The notes beneath the pieces are model-generated. The model had not been told where the DNA came from, did no database searches, and saw only the letters and a list, made by a program, of their open reading frames with translations. A DNA stretch of 64,000 nucleotides from an uncultured Gemmatimonadales bacterium. Lineage in GTDB: Bacteria > Gemmatimonadota > Gemmatimonadetes > Longimicrobiales > RSA9. Positions 17,578 to 28,101 of the stretch are shown here, piece after piece; within the stretch, counting starts at the first letter, position 1, and each line of letters begins with the position of its first letter. The translations under genes and the position numbers were made by a program. The stretch is from positions 800,001 through 864,000 of the forward strand of contig CAWCRS010000007.1 of the NCBI GenBank assembly GCA_963798085.1. Reading direction: 5' to 3'.

Positions 17578-19689
17578 TCAGAATCGCGGCCCGACATCGA
17601 CACTGAACAACAGCCTGCTATGCGTGTTGCCACCGACATCGACGGCCACGCGGCCGAACGGTGTCCACCATAGCACACCGGTCTCCACGCCCGCGAACCA
17701 GCGCGCGGCATCGAGCTTCCCGAGTGTAGGAGCGGCGGCACCGGCGCGGATACGCAGGCGCACGTGGGACTCGAGCGGCGTGGCCAGCGCGATGTCGGCG
17801 CCACCCAGCACGCTGGCGCGGTCGCGGGCCTCGCCCCAGCGCAGGCCGGGCATGTCGTGCCTGTCACCCAGCGCGAGCTGCGCATCCGCCGGCGTCCCGG
17901 CGCTGGCGGCGGCGACCTGCCCGACCAGCGCACCCATCACGCGGCCGCGCCGGCCCGCGGCGAGCGAGCCGGTGGCCATAACACCGTGCCAGGGCACATC
18001 GCCGAAACGCCAGTCCGCCTCCAGCCTCGGCACCTCGCCTACGATCTCCGCGCCGCGGCTGCGCCCGCCAATGCGCAGCGAGGGGCCGGCGGCGAAGCCG
18101 CGCAGCGCCGCGTCGTGCACGTGCTCGGCGCGCACGGCGACATTCACGTCGGTGGCTGTATCCAGCGGGCGCCATGCGAGTCCCAGCCAGGCGCCGGAGC
18201 GCTGTACGCTGTGCTCGGCAATGCCGTCGGCTTCGAACAGCCGCTGGTCGTACTCGCCCGCAAACACGCCTGTTTGCAGCGAAACTGCGGGCTGGGCGGG
18301 CAGCGCGTGCCGGATGGAGAGCGCGGCCTGCGTCTCGATGGCACTCGCGCTCAGCGACAGCTGCGCTTCGCTGGTGCCGGCGAAGCGCTGGCGCAGTCCG
18401 GCCCACGCGCGAAAGCCGCGGTCGCTGTCGAACCCGGCCGCACCGGATGCGAGCGTTGGCGGCCTCGCCTCGACACGCACCGTGAGCGCATCGCGGCCGC
18501 CGCGCTGCTCCATGCCGGGCCACACGCCCGCGAAAAAGCCGGACGTGTAGATGCGCGCGATGGCCGCGGTCACCGCCGCCGGATCGTAGCGCTGGTCTTT
18601 CAGCGGCGAGAAAACGCGGTTCACGAAAGGCAGAAGACTGGTGTCGTTCACCTCGATGACGACAGCGCCGAACGTGGTGGGCGCAGGCGCCGGTGATGGC
18701 ATGCGTGCGTTGTGGAACTCGGGCGCCTGCTCCAGTGCGGCCGTGCGCCCCGCTTCCAGCAGATACAGCGGATCACGCACGAATACCATGGCAAACAGAT
18801 TCGGATCAATGGCGGGTGTAATGGTTATGTCTGCCGGTGTCGTGTCCGTGCGCGCGTTGCGCAACGTGATGCGCAGTCCGCGCAGCGCCACCTCGAACGG
18901 CGTCAGCCCGCGCATGCTGTCGGGCGGGCGCAGCACATCGACCGCCACCGTGCGTCGCGCGCCTGCGTCCTTCGCCTGGCGCACGGGCAGATAATCCGCG
19001 AGTCCGCCATCCACGAGCGTCTGTCCGTTCAGCAGCACGGGCGCGAACACGCCGGGCACGGCCATGCTGGCGCGCGCCGCGCGCGCCAGGTTGCCGCGTC
19101 CCAGCGCGACGGCGAAACCGGTGCGCAGATCCACCGCAATGGCGCGGAACCGGCGAGGCATGTTGTCGAAGTTGCCGCCGGCGCGTGCACCGGCATCGAA
19201 CAGCTCGGTGGCCAGCAGGCGGTTCACCCGCCAGTCCGGTATGAGCCCTTCGCTGTAGCGATCGCGGTCGACGTACACGCCCATGTCCACCATGGGACGG
19301 CGAGGACGGGCGTCCGGTCCAATGTAGAGCGTGGGCATGGAGAACAGCTCGAGCCAGTCCACGCGTCGCGTGAGTGACCAGATCGAGTCCGGTGCCACGC
19401 CTGCCGCGTACAGTGCGCCGATGATGGCGCCCATGCTCGTGCCCACCACCAGGTCCGCCTGCATGCCGCGCTGCTCGAGACCGACGAGTGCGCCCGCGTG
19501 CGCCAGACCGCGCGAGCCGCCGCCGCTCAGCACGACCGCAACCTGCCCGCGTGCCGGACTCGCCAGCAACACCAGCGCGAGCGCACCGGCAGCCAGCGTG
19601 CGCCGTGACGACGTGCGGCACGACACGCGCGGCGCGTGGCTGGCCCGGGAGCCACCGCGCATGACGGCATGGAGCGGAAGCAGACGCAT
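17578..19689 (-). CDS. Patatin-like phospholipase with POTRA-like and Omp85-like barrel regions (PlpD/type Vd-like)
   Basis: Signal peptide, LSGGGSRG, GTSMG, ASMAVPGVF and DGG; IYTSGFF POTRA-like segment; C-terminal FSVDVGPRF. Start uncertain. Confidence 0.8.
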   Translation of the reverse strand: MRLLPLHAVMRGGSRASHAPRVSCRTSSRRTLAAGALALVLLASPARGQVAVVLSGGGSRGLAHAGALVGLEQRGMQADLVVGTSMGAIIGALYAAGVAPDSIWSLTRRVDWLELFSMPTLYIGPDARPRRPMVDMGVYVDRDRYSEGLIPDWRVNRLLATELFDAGARAGGNFDNMPRRFRAIAVDLRTGFAVALGRGNLARAARASMAVPGVFAPVLLNGQTLVDGGLADYLPVRQAKDAGARRTVAVDVLRPPDSMRGLTPFEVALRGLRITLRNARTDTTPADITITPAIDPNLFAMVFVRDPLYLLEAGRTAALEQAPEFHNARMPSPAPAPTTFGAVVIEVNDTSLLPFVNRVFSPLKDQRYDPAAVTAAIARIYTSGFFAGVWPGMEQRGGRDALTVRVEARPPTLASGAAGFDSDRGFRAWAGLRQRFAGTSEAQLSLSASAIETQAALSIRHALPAQPAVSLQTGVFAGEYDQRLFEADGIAEHSVQRSGAWLGLAWRPLDTATDVNVAVRAEHVHDAALRGFAAGPSLRIGGRSRGAEIVGEVPRLEADWRFGDVPWHGVMATGSLAAGRRGRVMGALVGQVAAASAGTPADAQLALGDRHDMPGLRWGEARDRASVLGGADIALATPLESHVRLRIRAGAAAPTLGKLDAARWFAGVETGVLWWTPFGRVAVDVGGNTHSRLLFSVDVGPRF

Positions 19690-19771
19690 GACCTGAAGGT
19701 AGGGCGCTTCACGCGCTGTGCGGAAGTGGCCGGGGCTGGCGAATCGCGTCTGGAAACAGGACATTCACGCC

Positions 19772-20392
19772 ATGGAATCGGAACGCTTCGCCGGTCAGAT
19801 CCGCTTCATTGTCGAGATCGACAAGCTGAAGGGCGTGCTGCGACGCACACTATTGACGGACCGCTCGCGCCGTGAGAACAGTGCGGAACACTCGTGGCAC
19901 CTCGCGCTCATGGCCACGCTGCTCGCCGAGTTCGCGCCGCCCGCGACCAATGTGCGCCGCGTCATCGAGATGCTGCTGGTGCACGACATCGTCGAGATCG
20001 ATGCGGGTGACACCTTCGCCTACGACGCCGCCGGCAACGCCGATCGTGCGCAGCGCGAGAGCGCCGCGGCTGACCGCCTGTTCGGTCTGCTGCCGCCGGA
20101 TCAGGGCAGTCGATTGCGCGCGCTGTGGGAGGAATTCGAAGCCGGTGCCAGCGACGAAGCCCGCTACGCGATCGCGCTGGACCGCCTGCAGCCGCTGCTG
20201 CAGAACGTGCACGCGGATGGCGGCGCCTGGCGCACGCACGGTGTCACGCGCGAGCAGGTGCTGGCGCGCATGCAGCCCATCCGCGAGCTGTCCGAATCGA
20301 TCTGGCTCTATGTGACCCGCCAGATCGACGAAGTGTGGATGAAAGGCCGCGTGAAGCGCTTCACCGATGACGGCGGCTGGGTCGTCGAGTGA
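19772..20392 (+). CDS. HD-domain hydrolase (HDDC2/YfbR-like)
   Basis: DKLKGVLRR, ENSAEHSWH, LVHDIVEIDAGDT, WEEFE, DRLQP. Confidence 0.88.
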   Translation: MESERFAGQIRFIVEIDKLKGVLRRTLLTDRSRRENSAEHSWHLALMATLLAEFAPPATNVRRVIEMLLVHDIVEIDAGDTFAYDAAGNADRAQRESAAADRLFGLLPPDQGSRLRALWEEFEAGASDEARYAIALDRLQPLLQNVHADGGAWRTHGVTREQVLARMQPIRELSESIWLYVTRQIDEVWMKGRVKRFTDDGGWVVE

Positions 20393-20430
20393 AGCGTGCG
20401 AGACGAACGTGAAGCGGCGTCGTCGCCTGT

Positions 20431-20985
20431 CTACTCCGCTGTTACGATCGCGCGCGCCCGGCTGAGTGCCTGCCGCCACGCCTGATCCAGCGCCGGCGTG
20501 GTGGGTCCGCAGGCAGCGATCACCGCGGTCGCCCAGTTCAGGTATTCCACGCGGCGCTCCATGCTCCAGTCGCGCGGCGGCGCCTCCGCCACATCCAGCA
20601 CGTTGGCGATCTTGTCCGCTACCTTGATCAGGCGGGCTTCGGGCGAGAGGCGGGCCGCGTCTTCGATCTGCAGGCGCTTGCGCACCGCCTTCGCCAGGTC
20701 CTTGTCATCGGACACTTCCTCGACCAGTCGGCGCACGCGCGCCCCGAAATGCTGTTCCAGCTCCGCTGCCGTGCAGCGCGTGTCCTCGAGTGTGTCGTGC
20801 AGGATCGCGGCCTGCAGGATCTCCGCTTCGCGCACATCGCCGGCATCGGCCAGCAGCCGGGCCACGCGTATGGGGTGATTGATGTACGGTGAGGCCTCGA
20901 TACCCTTGCGGCGCTGATCGCGGTGCTTCTCCGCGGCGAACTCGAGTGCGCTCAGCAGAGCCGATGCATCGTGAGCCGGCTGCAT
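20431..20985 (-). CDS. Mesh1/SpoT-type HD hydrolase (small alarmone hydrolase-like)
   Basis: AAEKHRDQRRK, PYINHPIRVA, AAILHDTLEDT, VSDDK, IKVADKIAN. Confidence 0.88.
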   Translation of the reverse strand: MQPAHDASALLSALEFAAEKHRDQRRKGIEASPYINHPIRVARLLADAGDVREAEILQAAILHDTLEDTRCTAAELEQHFGARVRRLVEEVSDDKDLAKAVRKRLQIEDAARLSPEARLIKVADKIANVLDVAEAPPRDWSMERRVEYLNWATAVIAACGPTTPALDQAWRQALSRARAIVTAE

Positions 20986-21009
20986 GCGCGCCGGGCAGGG
21001 CGAGAAAGG

Positions 21010-22861
21010 CTACAGCCGGCGCGCGCTGGCGGCGCGCGGCCTCGCCTCGGGTACGATCGCTTCCTTCTCGGGCACCGGATCCTCACCGGGGTTGATGAAG
21101 AGATCGGTCTCGAGGCCGCGCTGCCGCTCGTACAGCCGGCGGTAGAGCCCGCCATGATGCAGCAGCTCGGCGTGTGAGCCACGCTCGACAATGCGGCCGC
21201 CATCCATCACCAGAATCTGGTCGGCGCTGCGAATGGTGGAGAGGCGGTGCGCAATGACGAACGTCGTGCGGCCGGAGCGCAGCGCGCGCAGGCCGTCCTG
21301 GATCAGCGCTTCACTCTCGCTGTCCAGGCTGGACGTCGCTTCGTCCAGCAGCAGCACGTGCGGATCCGCGATGATGGCGCGCGCAATGGCCACGCGCTGG
21401 CGCTGTCCGCCGGAGAGCTTGACGCCGCGTTCGCCGACGATGGTGTCGTAACCCTTCTCGAAACGATTCACGAACTCATCGCAGTGCGCAATGCGCGCGG
21501 CGTTGCGGACGTCCTCATCCGTGGCATCGGGCCGCGCGTACGCAATGTTCTCGCGAATGCTGCCATCGAACAGGAAGTTATCCTGCATGACCACACCCAG
21601 CTGGCGGCGGTAGTCGTGCAGCCGCAGGGTGGTCAGGTCGCTGCCATCCACCAGCAGATGTCCCTGCTGCGGGCGGTGGAACGCCATCACCAGGTTGATC
21701 AGCGTGCTCTTGCCCGCGCCGCTCGGCCCGACCAGCGCCGTCGTGGTACCGGCGGGTGCGTGAAAAGAGACGTCGCGCAGCACCGGCTTGTCGTCTTCAT
21801 AACCGAACGTCACATCATCGAAGACGACGTCGCCCTGCACATCCGCCACCGGCGCCAGCGCCAGGTCTTCGTCATCTTCCGTCTTCATGTCGCGGATCTC
21901 GCGGATGCGATCGAGGCCCGCGAACGCTTCTGTCAGCTGCGTGCTGATCGGACGCGATCTGCACCAGCGGCGCCACCATCAGGCCGATGAAGAACACGTA
22001 CATGATGAGGTCGCCCAGCGTCATGGCGCCCAATGCCACGGCGCCGCCGCCCACCACCATGATCAGGATGCCCACGGCGCCCACGATCACCGAGGACAGC
22101 GCGGCCACGCCCGATGTGCCCGTGATGGTGCGCGCAATGTTCTTGAACAGACGGTCCACGCCCTCGTGGAAGATGCCGGCCTCGCGCGGCTCGGCGACGT
22201 AGATCTTTACCAGACGCACGCCACCCATGGTCTCGCCCAGCCGGCCCGTGACTTCTTCCTGGATCTTCCAGCGCTCGCGGAAAATCGGACGCAGCTTGCG
22301 GAACGCCACCGCCATGATGCCCATGAACATGAGCAGCAGCGCGATGGCGCCGACCGTCAGCTTCCAGTTCACCCACAGCAGCACGCCCAGCGCGAGCAGG
22401 GCGGTGAAGAAGCCGCCCACCAGCTGCACAATGCCCGTACCAACGAGATTCCGGATGCCCTCCGGATCGTTCATGATGCGCGAGATGAGGGCGCCGCTCT
22501 TGGTGGAATCGAAATAACTGACGGGCAGGTGGATGATATGCTCCTGCACGGTAGCGCGCATGTTACGGATGGCGCGTTGCGCCGCAATGCTGACCACCTG
22601 CGACAGGCCGAACGAGCTCGAGGCCTGCACCAGCGTGGCGAGGCCCGCAGCCGCGGCCAGCGGCATGAGCAGGTCGATGCGGTGCTTGCCAATGACGGTG
22701 TCGATCAGGAACTTCGAAGACGCGGGCAGGACGAAACCTGCGAGCCGGCCCAGAGCCATGAGGGCGAAGCCGATCTGAAGGGAGCGGCGGTGCTCGCGGA
22801 TGAGCGCCCACGCTTCCTTCCTCGCATTAGCCAGATTGAGCTTTTTCTTCTTGTTACTCAC
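21010..22861 (-). CDS. ABC exporter, fused TMD + NBD (MsbA/Sav1866-like), one frameshift near 21950
   Basis: TMD in ORF 21872-23011; NBD in 21010-21888 (GPSGAGKS, LSGGQRQR, LLLDEATS, AHRLST). Removing one base restores IASISTQLTEAFAGLDRI. Confidence 0.88.
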
Positions 22862-22998
22862 CGTCCGGAAGGTTAACGGGTGAGCGACCGGCGCGAAAGT
22901 CGCACCGGTCGCGTCAGGCCCGCCGCCGCGTGGTCCCGAATGCCCCACGAGTGGAAGCGCGGTTTGCGGAACACGGGCCCAACCTCCAATTCTGCAGC

Positions 22999-24849
22999 AT
23001 GAATCGAACACCCGTGCACCGGGTGAAGCGCGAGTTGGCGCGGGTCCGGCGGACCGCGCGGGGCCAGGTCACCGCCGCCTCCGGCGCGTGGGCCCGCCTC
23101 ATCGACTGGTTCAACGCGCGCCAGCTCAGCGAAAACACCATCCTCCTGATCTTCGCCGTCGCCATCGGCGCGCTGGGTGCGCTGGGCGTCGTCGGTTTCT
23201 ACAAGCTCATCGACCTCGCCTTCGCAGTGTTCTACCGCTGGTCGCTCTCTCGCCTGCCCGGCCTGGACATGCTTCTCTGGCGCCCGTTCGTCACCGGGGC
23301 GGGACTGGTTGTGGCGTGGTGGATCGTGCACCGCTTCGGCCGCGGATACGAAGGCATGAACGTGCCGGATGTACAGCTGGCCGTCGCGCGCCGAGGCGGT
23401 TATCTGCCGGTCGGGCCGGCGCTGGCACGCACCGCAGCGAGTGCCGTGACGCTCGGCTGCGGTGGCTCGGCCGGAAGCGAAGGCCCGGTTGCCGTGGTGG
23501 GTTCCGTGACAGGGTCGCTGCTGGGCCAGGCGTTTCGCTTCGACGCGGCGCGCATTCGCGTGCTGGTGGGCGCGGGCGCGGCCGCGGGCATCTCCGCCGC
23601 GTTCAATGCACCACTGGGCGGCGCGTTCTTCGCACTCGAGGAAATCCTCGGCTCGCTCGCAGTAGGCGCGTTTCCGCCCGTCGTCGTGAGCAGCGTGGTC
23701 GCGGCTGTCGTGTCACGCGCATTCTTCGGCAACCATCCGGCGTTCCCCATTCCCGAAGAATTCGGCTACGCGCTCACGCGCGAAGTCTTCCTGTTCTATC
23801 CGCTGCTCGGCGTGCTCACCGCGTTCGTGTCGGTGCTCTTCGTGCGCGTGTACTTCGGGACGGAGTCGCTGATTCGACGGCTGCGCGTGTCGCCATGGCT
23901 CGCGGCGCTGGTGGGTGGGTTGCTCATCGGCGCCATGGTGTCCGTCTCCAGCGGCCAGCTCGTGGGTTATGGCCACCTCGCGTTGCGCCTCGATCTGTTC
24001 GGTCGCATGCCCCTGCTGGTCCTCTGTCTGCTGGCACTGGGCAAGATCGTGGCGACATCGCTCACGCTGAATGCCGGCGGCTCCGGCGGCGTGTTCACGC
24101 CCTCACTGTACATCGGCGCGGTGACGGGTGGTGCGTTCGGCGTGGCGCTGCGCACGCTCTTTCCCCAGCTGGCGCTGCACCCGGAGTCGTACGCGCTGGT
24201 GGGCATGGGCGCGGTGATCGGCGCGGCCACCGGCGCGCCCATCACGGGCATCCTCATCGTGTTCGAGATGACCAACGACTACGCCATCGTGCTGCCGCTC
24301 ATGCTGAGCACCGCCATCGCGATTCTCATTGCGCGGCGCCTCGAGCGGGACACGCTGTACAGCGGCTGGCTGCGCCGGCGAGGCGAGCAGATCGAGCACG
24401 GTCGGGACCGCGATGTGCTGGCCGGGTTGCGGGTGGCCGATGCGCTCGAACCGCTACCGCCCGTCATCAACGAGGATGCGACGGTCGCGGAGCTGCTCGA
24501 CCACCTGAGCGTCTCCGGACACACGGACTTTCCGGTCGTCGACGCCGAGGATCGGCTGACCGGCGTCATTACGCTCGCGGATCTGGGCCGCGCCGCAAAG
24601 GATCACGCAGACCTCGCGGGCATTCTCGTGGCGGCCGACCTGGTGGTACCCACGGAAACGGTCGCACCGGCGGACTCGCTCCTCGATGCCGTGCGCCGCC
24701 TGGGCATCCGCGGCTCCACCATGCTTCCCGTGATCGACCCCGTGACCGGCAAGCTGCTCGGCATCACGACGCGCGGTCATATCCTCGCGCTGTACGAACG
24801 CGCGGTTGCCAGCGCGCCGGAACAATCGCGCACACGCGCGCCGGTGTAA
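22999..24849 (+). CDS. ClC chloride channel/antiporter with C-terminal CBS pair
   Basis: GSEGP, AAFNAPLGG, ALEEIL, GGVFTP, FEMTNDY and CBS domains (FPVVD). Confidence 0.92.
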   Translation: MNRTPVHRVKRELARVRRTARGQVTAASGAWARLIDWFNARQLSENTILLIFAVAIGALGALGVVGFYKLIDLAFAVFYRWSLSRLPGLDMLLWRPFVTGAGLVVAWWIVHRFGRGYEGMNVPDVQLAVARRGGYLPVGPALARTAASAVTLGCGGSAGSEGPVAVVGSVTGSLLGQAFRFDAARIRVLVGAGAAAGISAAFNAPLGGAFFALEEILGSLAVGAFPPVVVSSVVAAVVSRAFFGNHPAFPIPEEFGYALTREVFLFYPLLGVLTAFVSVLFVRVYFGTESLIRRLRVSPWLAALVGGLLIGAMVSVSSGQLVGYGHLALRLDLFGRMPLLVLCLLALGKIVATSLTLNAGGSGGVFTPSLYIGAVTGGAFGVALRTLFPQLALHPESYALVGMGAVIGAATGAPITGILIVFEMTNDYAIVLPLMLSTAIAILIARRLERDTLYSGWLRRRGEQIEHGRDRDVLAGLRVADALEPLPPVINEDATVAELLDHLSVSGHTDFPVVDAEDRLTGVITLADLGRAAKDHADLAGILVAADLVVPTETVAPADSLLDAVRRLGIRGSTMLPVIDPVTGKLLGITTRGHILALYERAVASAPEQSRTRAPV

Positions 24850-24863
24850 CCGCGCACGAAGGC

Positions 24864-25859
24864 TCAGCCGAAATCGACGACGCGCATGCCTTCTGCAACG
24901 GCCTTGCGATGGAGCAGCCGGGCCGCTGCGGCATCCTCGATGGCCAGGCCCAGCGACTTGAAGAGCGTGACCTGGTGGCCGTTCTCGCGGCCGACCACGC
25001 GTCCCGTCACCAGCTCCGCCAGTTCGCCGCGTATGTGATCCGCGCCCACCACGCCCTCGGCAATGGGAATCAGGATATCGCCGGCTTCTGCGAGCGCGGC
25101 CGCCCGCGAGTCGACGAACACCGCCGCGCGCGCCACCGCCTCCGTATCCAGCTCGCGCGCGGCCGGTGTGCTGGCGCCCACCGCGTTGATGTGCGCGCCC
25201 GGCGCGACCCACTCGCCCGGCAGCACCGGCTCCTGGGCACCGGTCACCGTGCAGATGACGTCGGCGCCCAGCACCGCTAACTGCACGTTGGGCTGTGCCT
25301 CGACTGCTACGCCGTGCAACGCCTGCATTTCGCGCGCGAAGGCGAGCGCGTGCTCCGCGTTGCGGCTCCACACGCGCACCCGCCTGATGGGTCGCACCGC
25401 CCGCATGGCGGCAAGGTGGGACCGGGCCTGCACGCCCGCGCCCAGGATGGCCAGCTCGCTGGCCTGCGGCACCGCCAGCAGTCGTGTGGCCAGCGCGCTC
25501 ACCGCGGCCGTTCGCAGCGCCGTCACGCTGCCCGCTTCCATCAGCGCCAGAACCTCGCCATGCCGCGCGCCGAACAGCACGACGGCGCCCTGATGCGTTT
25601 CGTAGCGCGTATCCGCATTGCGCGGGAAAAGACTCACCAGCTTGACTGCCAGCGCCGGCTCATCATCACCCAGGAATGCAGGCATCACATACAGCGCGCC
25701 GTCGCCCGATGGCAGCGTGAGCACCTGGCGCAGCGGTTGCAGCGCTTCGTCTTGCGCCAGCGCGCGGAACGCCGCTTCCATGGCCGCAAGGCAGTCCGGC
25801 ATGGTCAGGAGGCGCCCTACATCGGCGCCGGTCAGCACAGGGATTCCCCGGATGTTCAT
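24864..25859 (-). CDS. Ornithine cyclodeaminase / mu-crystallin family protein
   Basis: TALRTAAVS, GAGVQARSH, HINAVGA, TLFKSLGLAIED. Confidence 0.92.
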   Translation of the reverse strand: MNIRGIPVLTGADVGRLLTMPDCLAAMEAAFRALAQDEALQPLRQVLTLPSGDGALYVMPAFLGDDEPALAVKLVSLFPRNADTRYETHQGAVVLFGARHGEVLALMEAGSVTALRTAAVSALATRLLAVPQASELAILGAGVQARSHLAAMRAVRPIRRVRVWSRNAEHALAFAREMQALHGVAVEAQPNVQLAVLGADVICTVTGAQEPVLPGEWVAPGAHINAVGASTPAARELDTEAVARAAVFVDSRAAALAEAGDILIPIAEGVVGADHIRGELAELVTGRVVGRENGHQVTLFKSLGLAIEDAAAARLLHRKAVAEGMRVVDFG

Positions 25860-25943
25860 GCAGTGTTCAGCGGTTGCGTATCGATAACCGTTCCGTCATC
25901 TTTCGAGGGGAGGTTGCGTAACGAATCGAAAGCGGGAGCAGCA

Positions 25944-26381
25944 ATGACATATGCCGAATTCATGGTGGCGCCCATGCGTGGCGAGCTTACGGCGATCGGG
26001 TTCAAGGAGCTGCGCACGCCCGGTGCTGTAGATGCGTTCATGCAGTCGCACAAGGATGGCGTCACGCTGGTGGCCGTCAACTCCATCTGCGGCTGTGCAG
26101 CCGGCAGCATGCGGCCGGCACTGGCGAAAGCGCTGGAAGGCAGCGCGCGCCCGACCGCCCTGGGCACGGTCTTCGCCGGACAGGATCTGGAAGCGACGGA
26201 ACGCGCCCGCCAGTACTTCACGGGGTACCCGCCGTCATCGCCGGCCGTAGCGCTGTTCAAGGATGGCGAGCTGGTGTTCATGCTCGAGCGCTCGCAGCTG
26301 AAGGGCCGTCCACCCCAGATGGTGGCGGAGGATCTGAGCGCTGCATTCGATCGCTTCTGCGGAGCGGGTGCACACACCTGA
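25944..26381 (+). CDS. BrxA/BrxB (YphP/YqiW) family bacilliredoxin
   Basis: PMRGELT, VNSICGCAAG, TVFAGQD, YPPSSPAVALFKDG. Confidence 0.88.
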   Translation: MTYAEFMVAPMRGELTAIGFKELRTPGAVDAFMQSHKDGVTLVAVNSICGCAAGSMRPALAKALEGSARPTALGTVFAGQDLEATERARQYFTGYPPSSPAVALFKDGELVFMLERSQLKGRPPQMVAEDLSAAFDRFCGAGAHT

Positions 26382-26442
26382 CATTGACGCACAGCCCGGA
26401 ACGCCGTGCTGCCCGGCCACGTGACTGCGTGCCGGGCAGTTT

Positions 26443-27633
26443 TCATTCCTGACCCGACCGCGTCGCGTTCCCGGCGAAACGTGAAGCAAGGAAGGGCGTG
26501 AGATCGAAGCGCGGCGTGAGGCCGGTCGCGAGATCGGCAATCGATTCCGCGAGCGCCGGCGCGAACTTGAAGCCATGACCGGAACATGCGCTGGCCAGAA
26601 TCACACGCGGGTCCGCAGGATGCCGGTCGATCAGGAAGTGCTGGTCGGGCGTGTTCGTGTACAGACAGACGGATGTGTCGCGCAGCTCGCCGGCGGCGTC
26701 GGGCGCGAATTGCACGAGCCTGGAACGGATGCTGCCAATCTCATCGTCGCCTGCGGTCCGTTGCACCGCATCCGCATCGGCCACCATGAGGCCGTCGTGA
26801 TGCACCGCCGCCTTCACGCCATCGCCGGCGTCGGGCAGCAGATAGAAGAGTCCGCCCGCAGCAGGCTCGATGAGCGTGACGGGCAGCTGCTCCGGCTGCG
26901 TCGTCTGCGGGTTGAGCGGCTGGAAGAAGGCGACGACCTGGCGTTCGATCGTGAGCGGCGGCAGCGATGCGGCGCTGTTGCCCGCGTGCGCGCGCAGCAG
27001 TGCGCCCAGCCAGGGCCCCGCGCTCAGCACGAGCGTGTCGCACGCGTAGCGCGCCGCGCTGGTGCGCACCTGCACCGCGTCCCCGTCGTTCTGCCAGTCG
27101 AGCAGCGCCTCGCCGAAGTGCAGCTGCGCGCCGGCTGCCGCCGCCAGTCGCAGCAGCGCCTCGACGCAGCGTTCGGGGAACAGCATGCCGGCGCGCAGCT
27201 CGAGCACGCCTACCATGCCCGGTTCCGGCCGCAGCGCAGGGAAACGTTCCCGCAGCGGGCCCTCGCCTAACACGTGGTGAGGCAATGCGTGCAGGGACGC
27301 ACTGTGCAGCGCGCCGCGCACCAGCGCGCCCCCGGGCCGGCCCATCATGAGGGCACCGGTGCGCCGCAGCAGCACGGTGCCCGCATCGCTCTGCAGTGCC
27401 TGCCAGCGGTCCAGCGCGTGCTGCACCAGCGGCACGTAGAGCGGATGCTCGAAATAGGCTTCGCGGATGATGCGGCTGCGCCCGTGCGAGGAGCCGCGGT
27501 CGTGCGGCGTCGGCCAGCGATCCAGTCCCAGCACGGGAACGCCCCGCCGCGCCAGCTCGAGCACCGTGGCGGCGCCCGTGACGCCGAGTCCGGCAACCAC
27601 TACCGCGGGGGCTGGCGGCATGACCGTAATCAC
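26443..27633 (-). CDS. solA: N-methyl-L-tryptophan / monomeric sarcosine oxidase family
   Basis: GLGVTG, GSSHGRSRIIR, CLYTNTPD, CSGHGFKF. Confidence 0.8.
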   Translation of the reverse strand: MITVMPPAPAVVVAGLGVTGAATVLELARRGVPVLGLDRWPTPHDRGSSHGRSRIIREAYFEHPLYVPLVQHALDRWQALQSDAGTVLLRRTGALMMGRPGGALVRGALHSASLHALPHHVLGEGPLRERFPALRPEPGMVGVLELRAGMLFPERCVEALLRLAAAAGAQLHFGEALLDWQNDGDAVQVRTSAARYACDTLVLSAGPWLGALLRAHAGNSAASLPPLTIERQVVAFFQPLNPQTTQPEQLPVTLIEPAAGGLFYLLPDAGDGVKAAVHHDGLMVADADAVQRTAGDDEIGSIRSRLVQFAPDAAGELRDTSVCLYTNTPDQHFLIDRHPADPRVILASACSGHGFKFAPALAESIADLATGLTPRFDLTPFLASRFAGNATRSGQE

Positions 27634-27672
27634 GTGTTATGGCCGCGGCGGGCGAGCGGCCCGCGCCCGCCT

Positions 27673-28101
27673 TCAGGCCTTTTCGATGGCGTAGGAGATG
27701 CGCCAGTTCGACATGCTCTCGGGATCGCTCGGATCGATGTCGGCCTCGAACGTGCCCGGTCCGTACGTGCCCAGCCAGCTCGAGGGCACGCCGCGGAACT
27801 CGCGTCGGTAGCGGTCGAGCATGTCATTGGCCGTCATCATGTCGAGTTCTTCTCCCAGCAGCTCCACCACGAGGCTGCTCTCGACGGCGCCCTCGAAGAC
27901 CACGCGATTCAGGCTCAGCTGATTCCAGGCGGGGCGCTTGGAAATCTCGTAGTAGCCTTCCTTCGGGAAGCGCGTCTCCTGCGTGCGGCCGTCCGCGATG
28001 ACGCGCGCCGTGAAGCGGAATTCGCCGCGATCTTCATAGAACGGTTCCAGGATGTCCAGGATCTGGACCCAGCGAACCGTGACTCGAATGCGCTCAGGCA
28101 T
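27673..28101 (-). CDS. Hypothetical protein
   Basis: Protein-like acidic, beta-rich ORF (MPERIRVTVRWVQILD...) with a GGAG-like RBS. Confidence 0.7.
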   Translation of the reverse strand: MPERIRVTVRWVQILDILEPFYEDRGEFRFTARVIADGRTQETRFPKEGYYEISKRPAWNQLSLNRVVFEGAVESSLVVELLGEELDMMTANDMLDRYRREFRGVPSSWLGTYGPGTFEADIDPSDPESMSNWRISYAIEKA

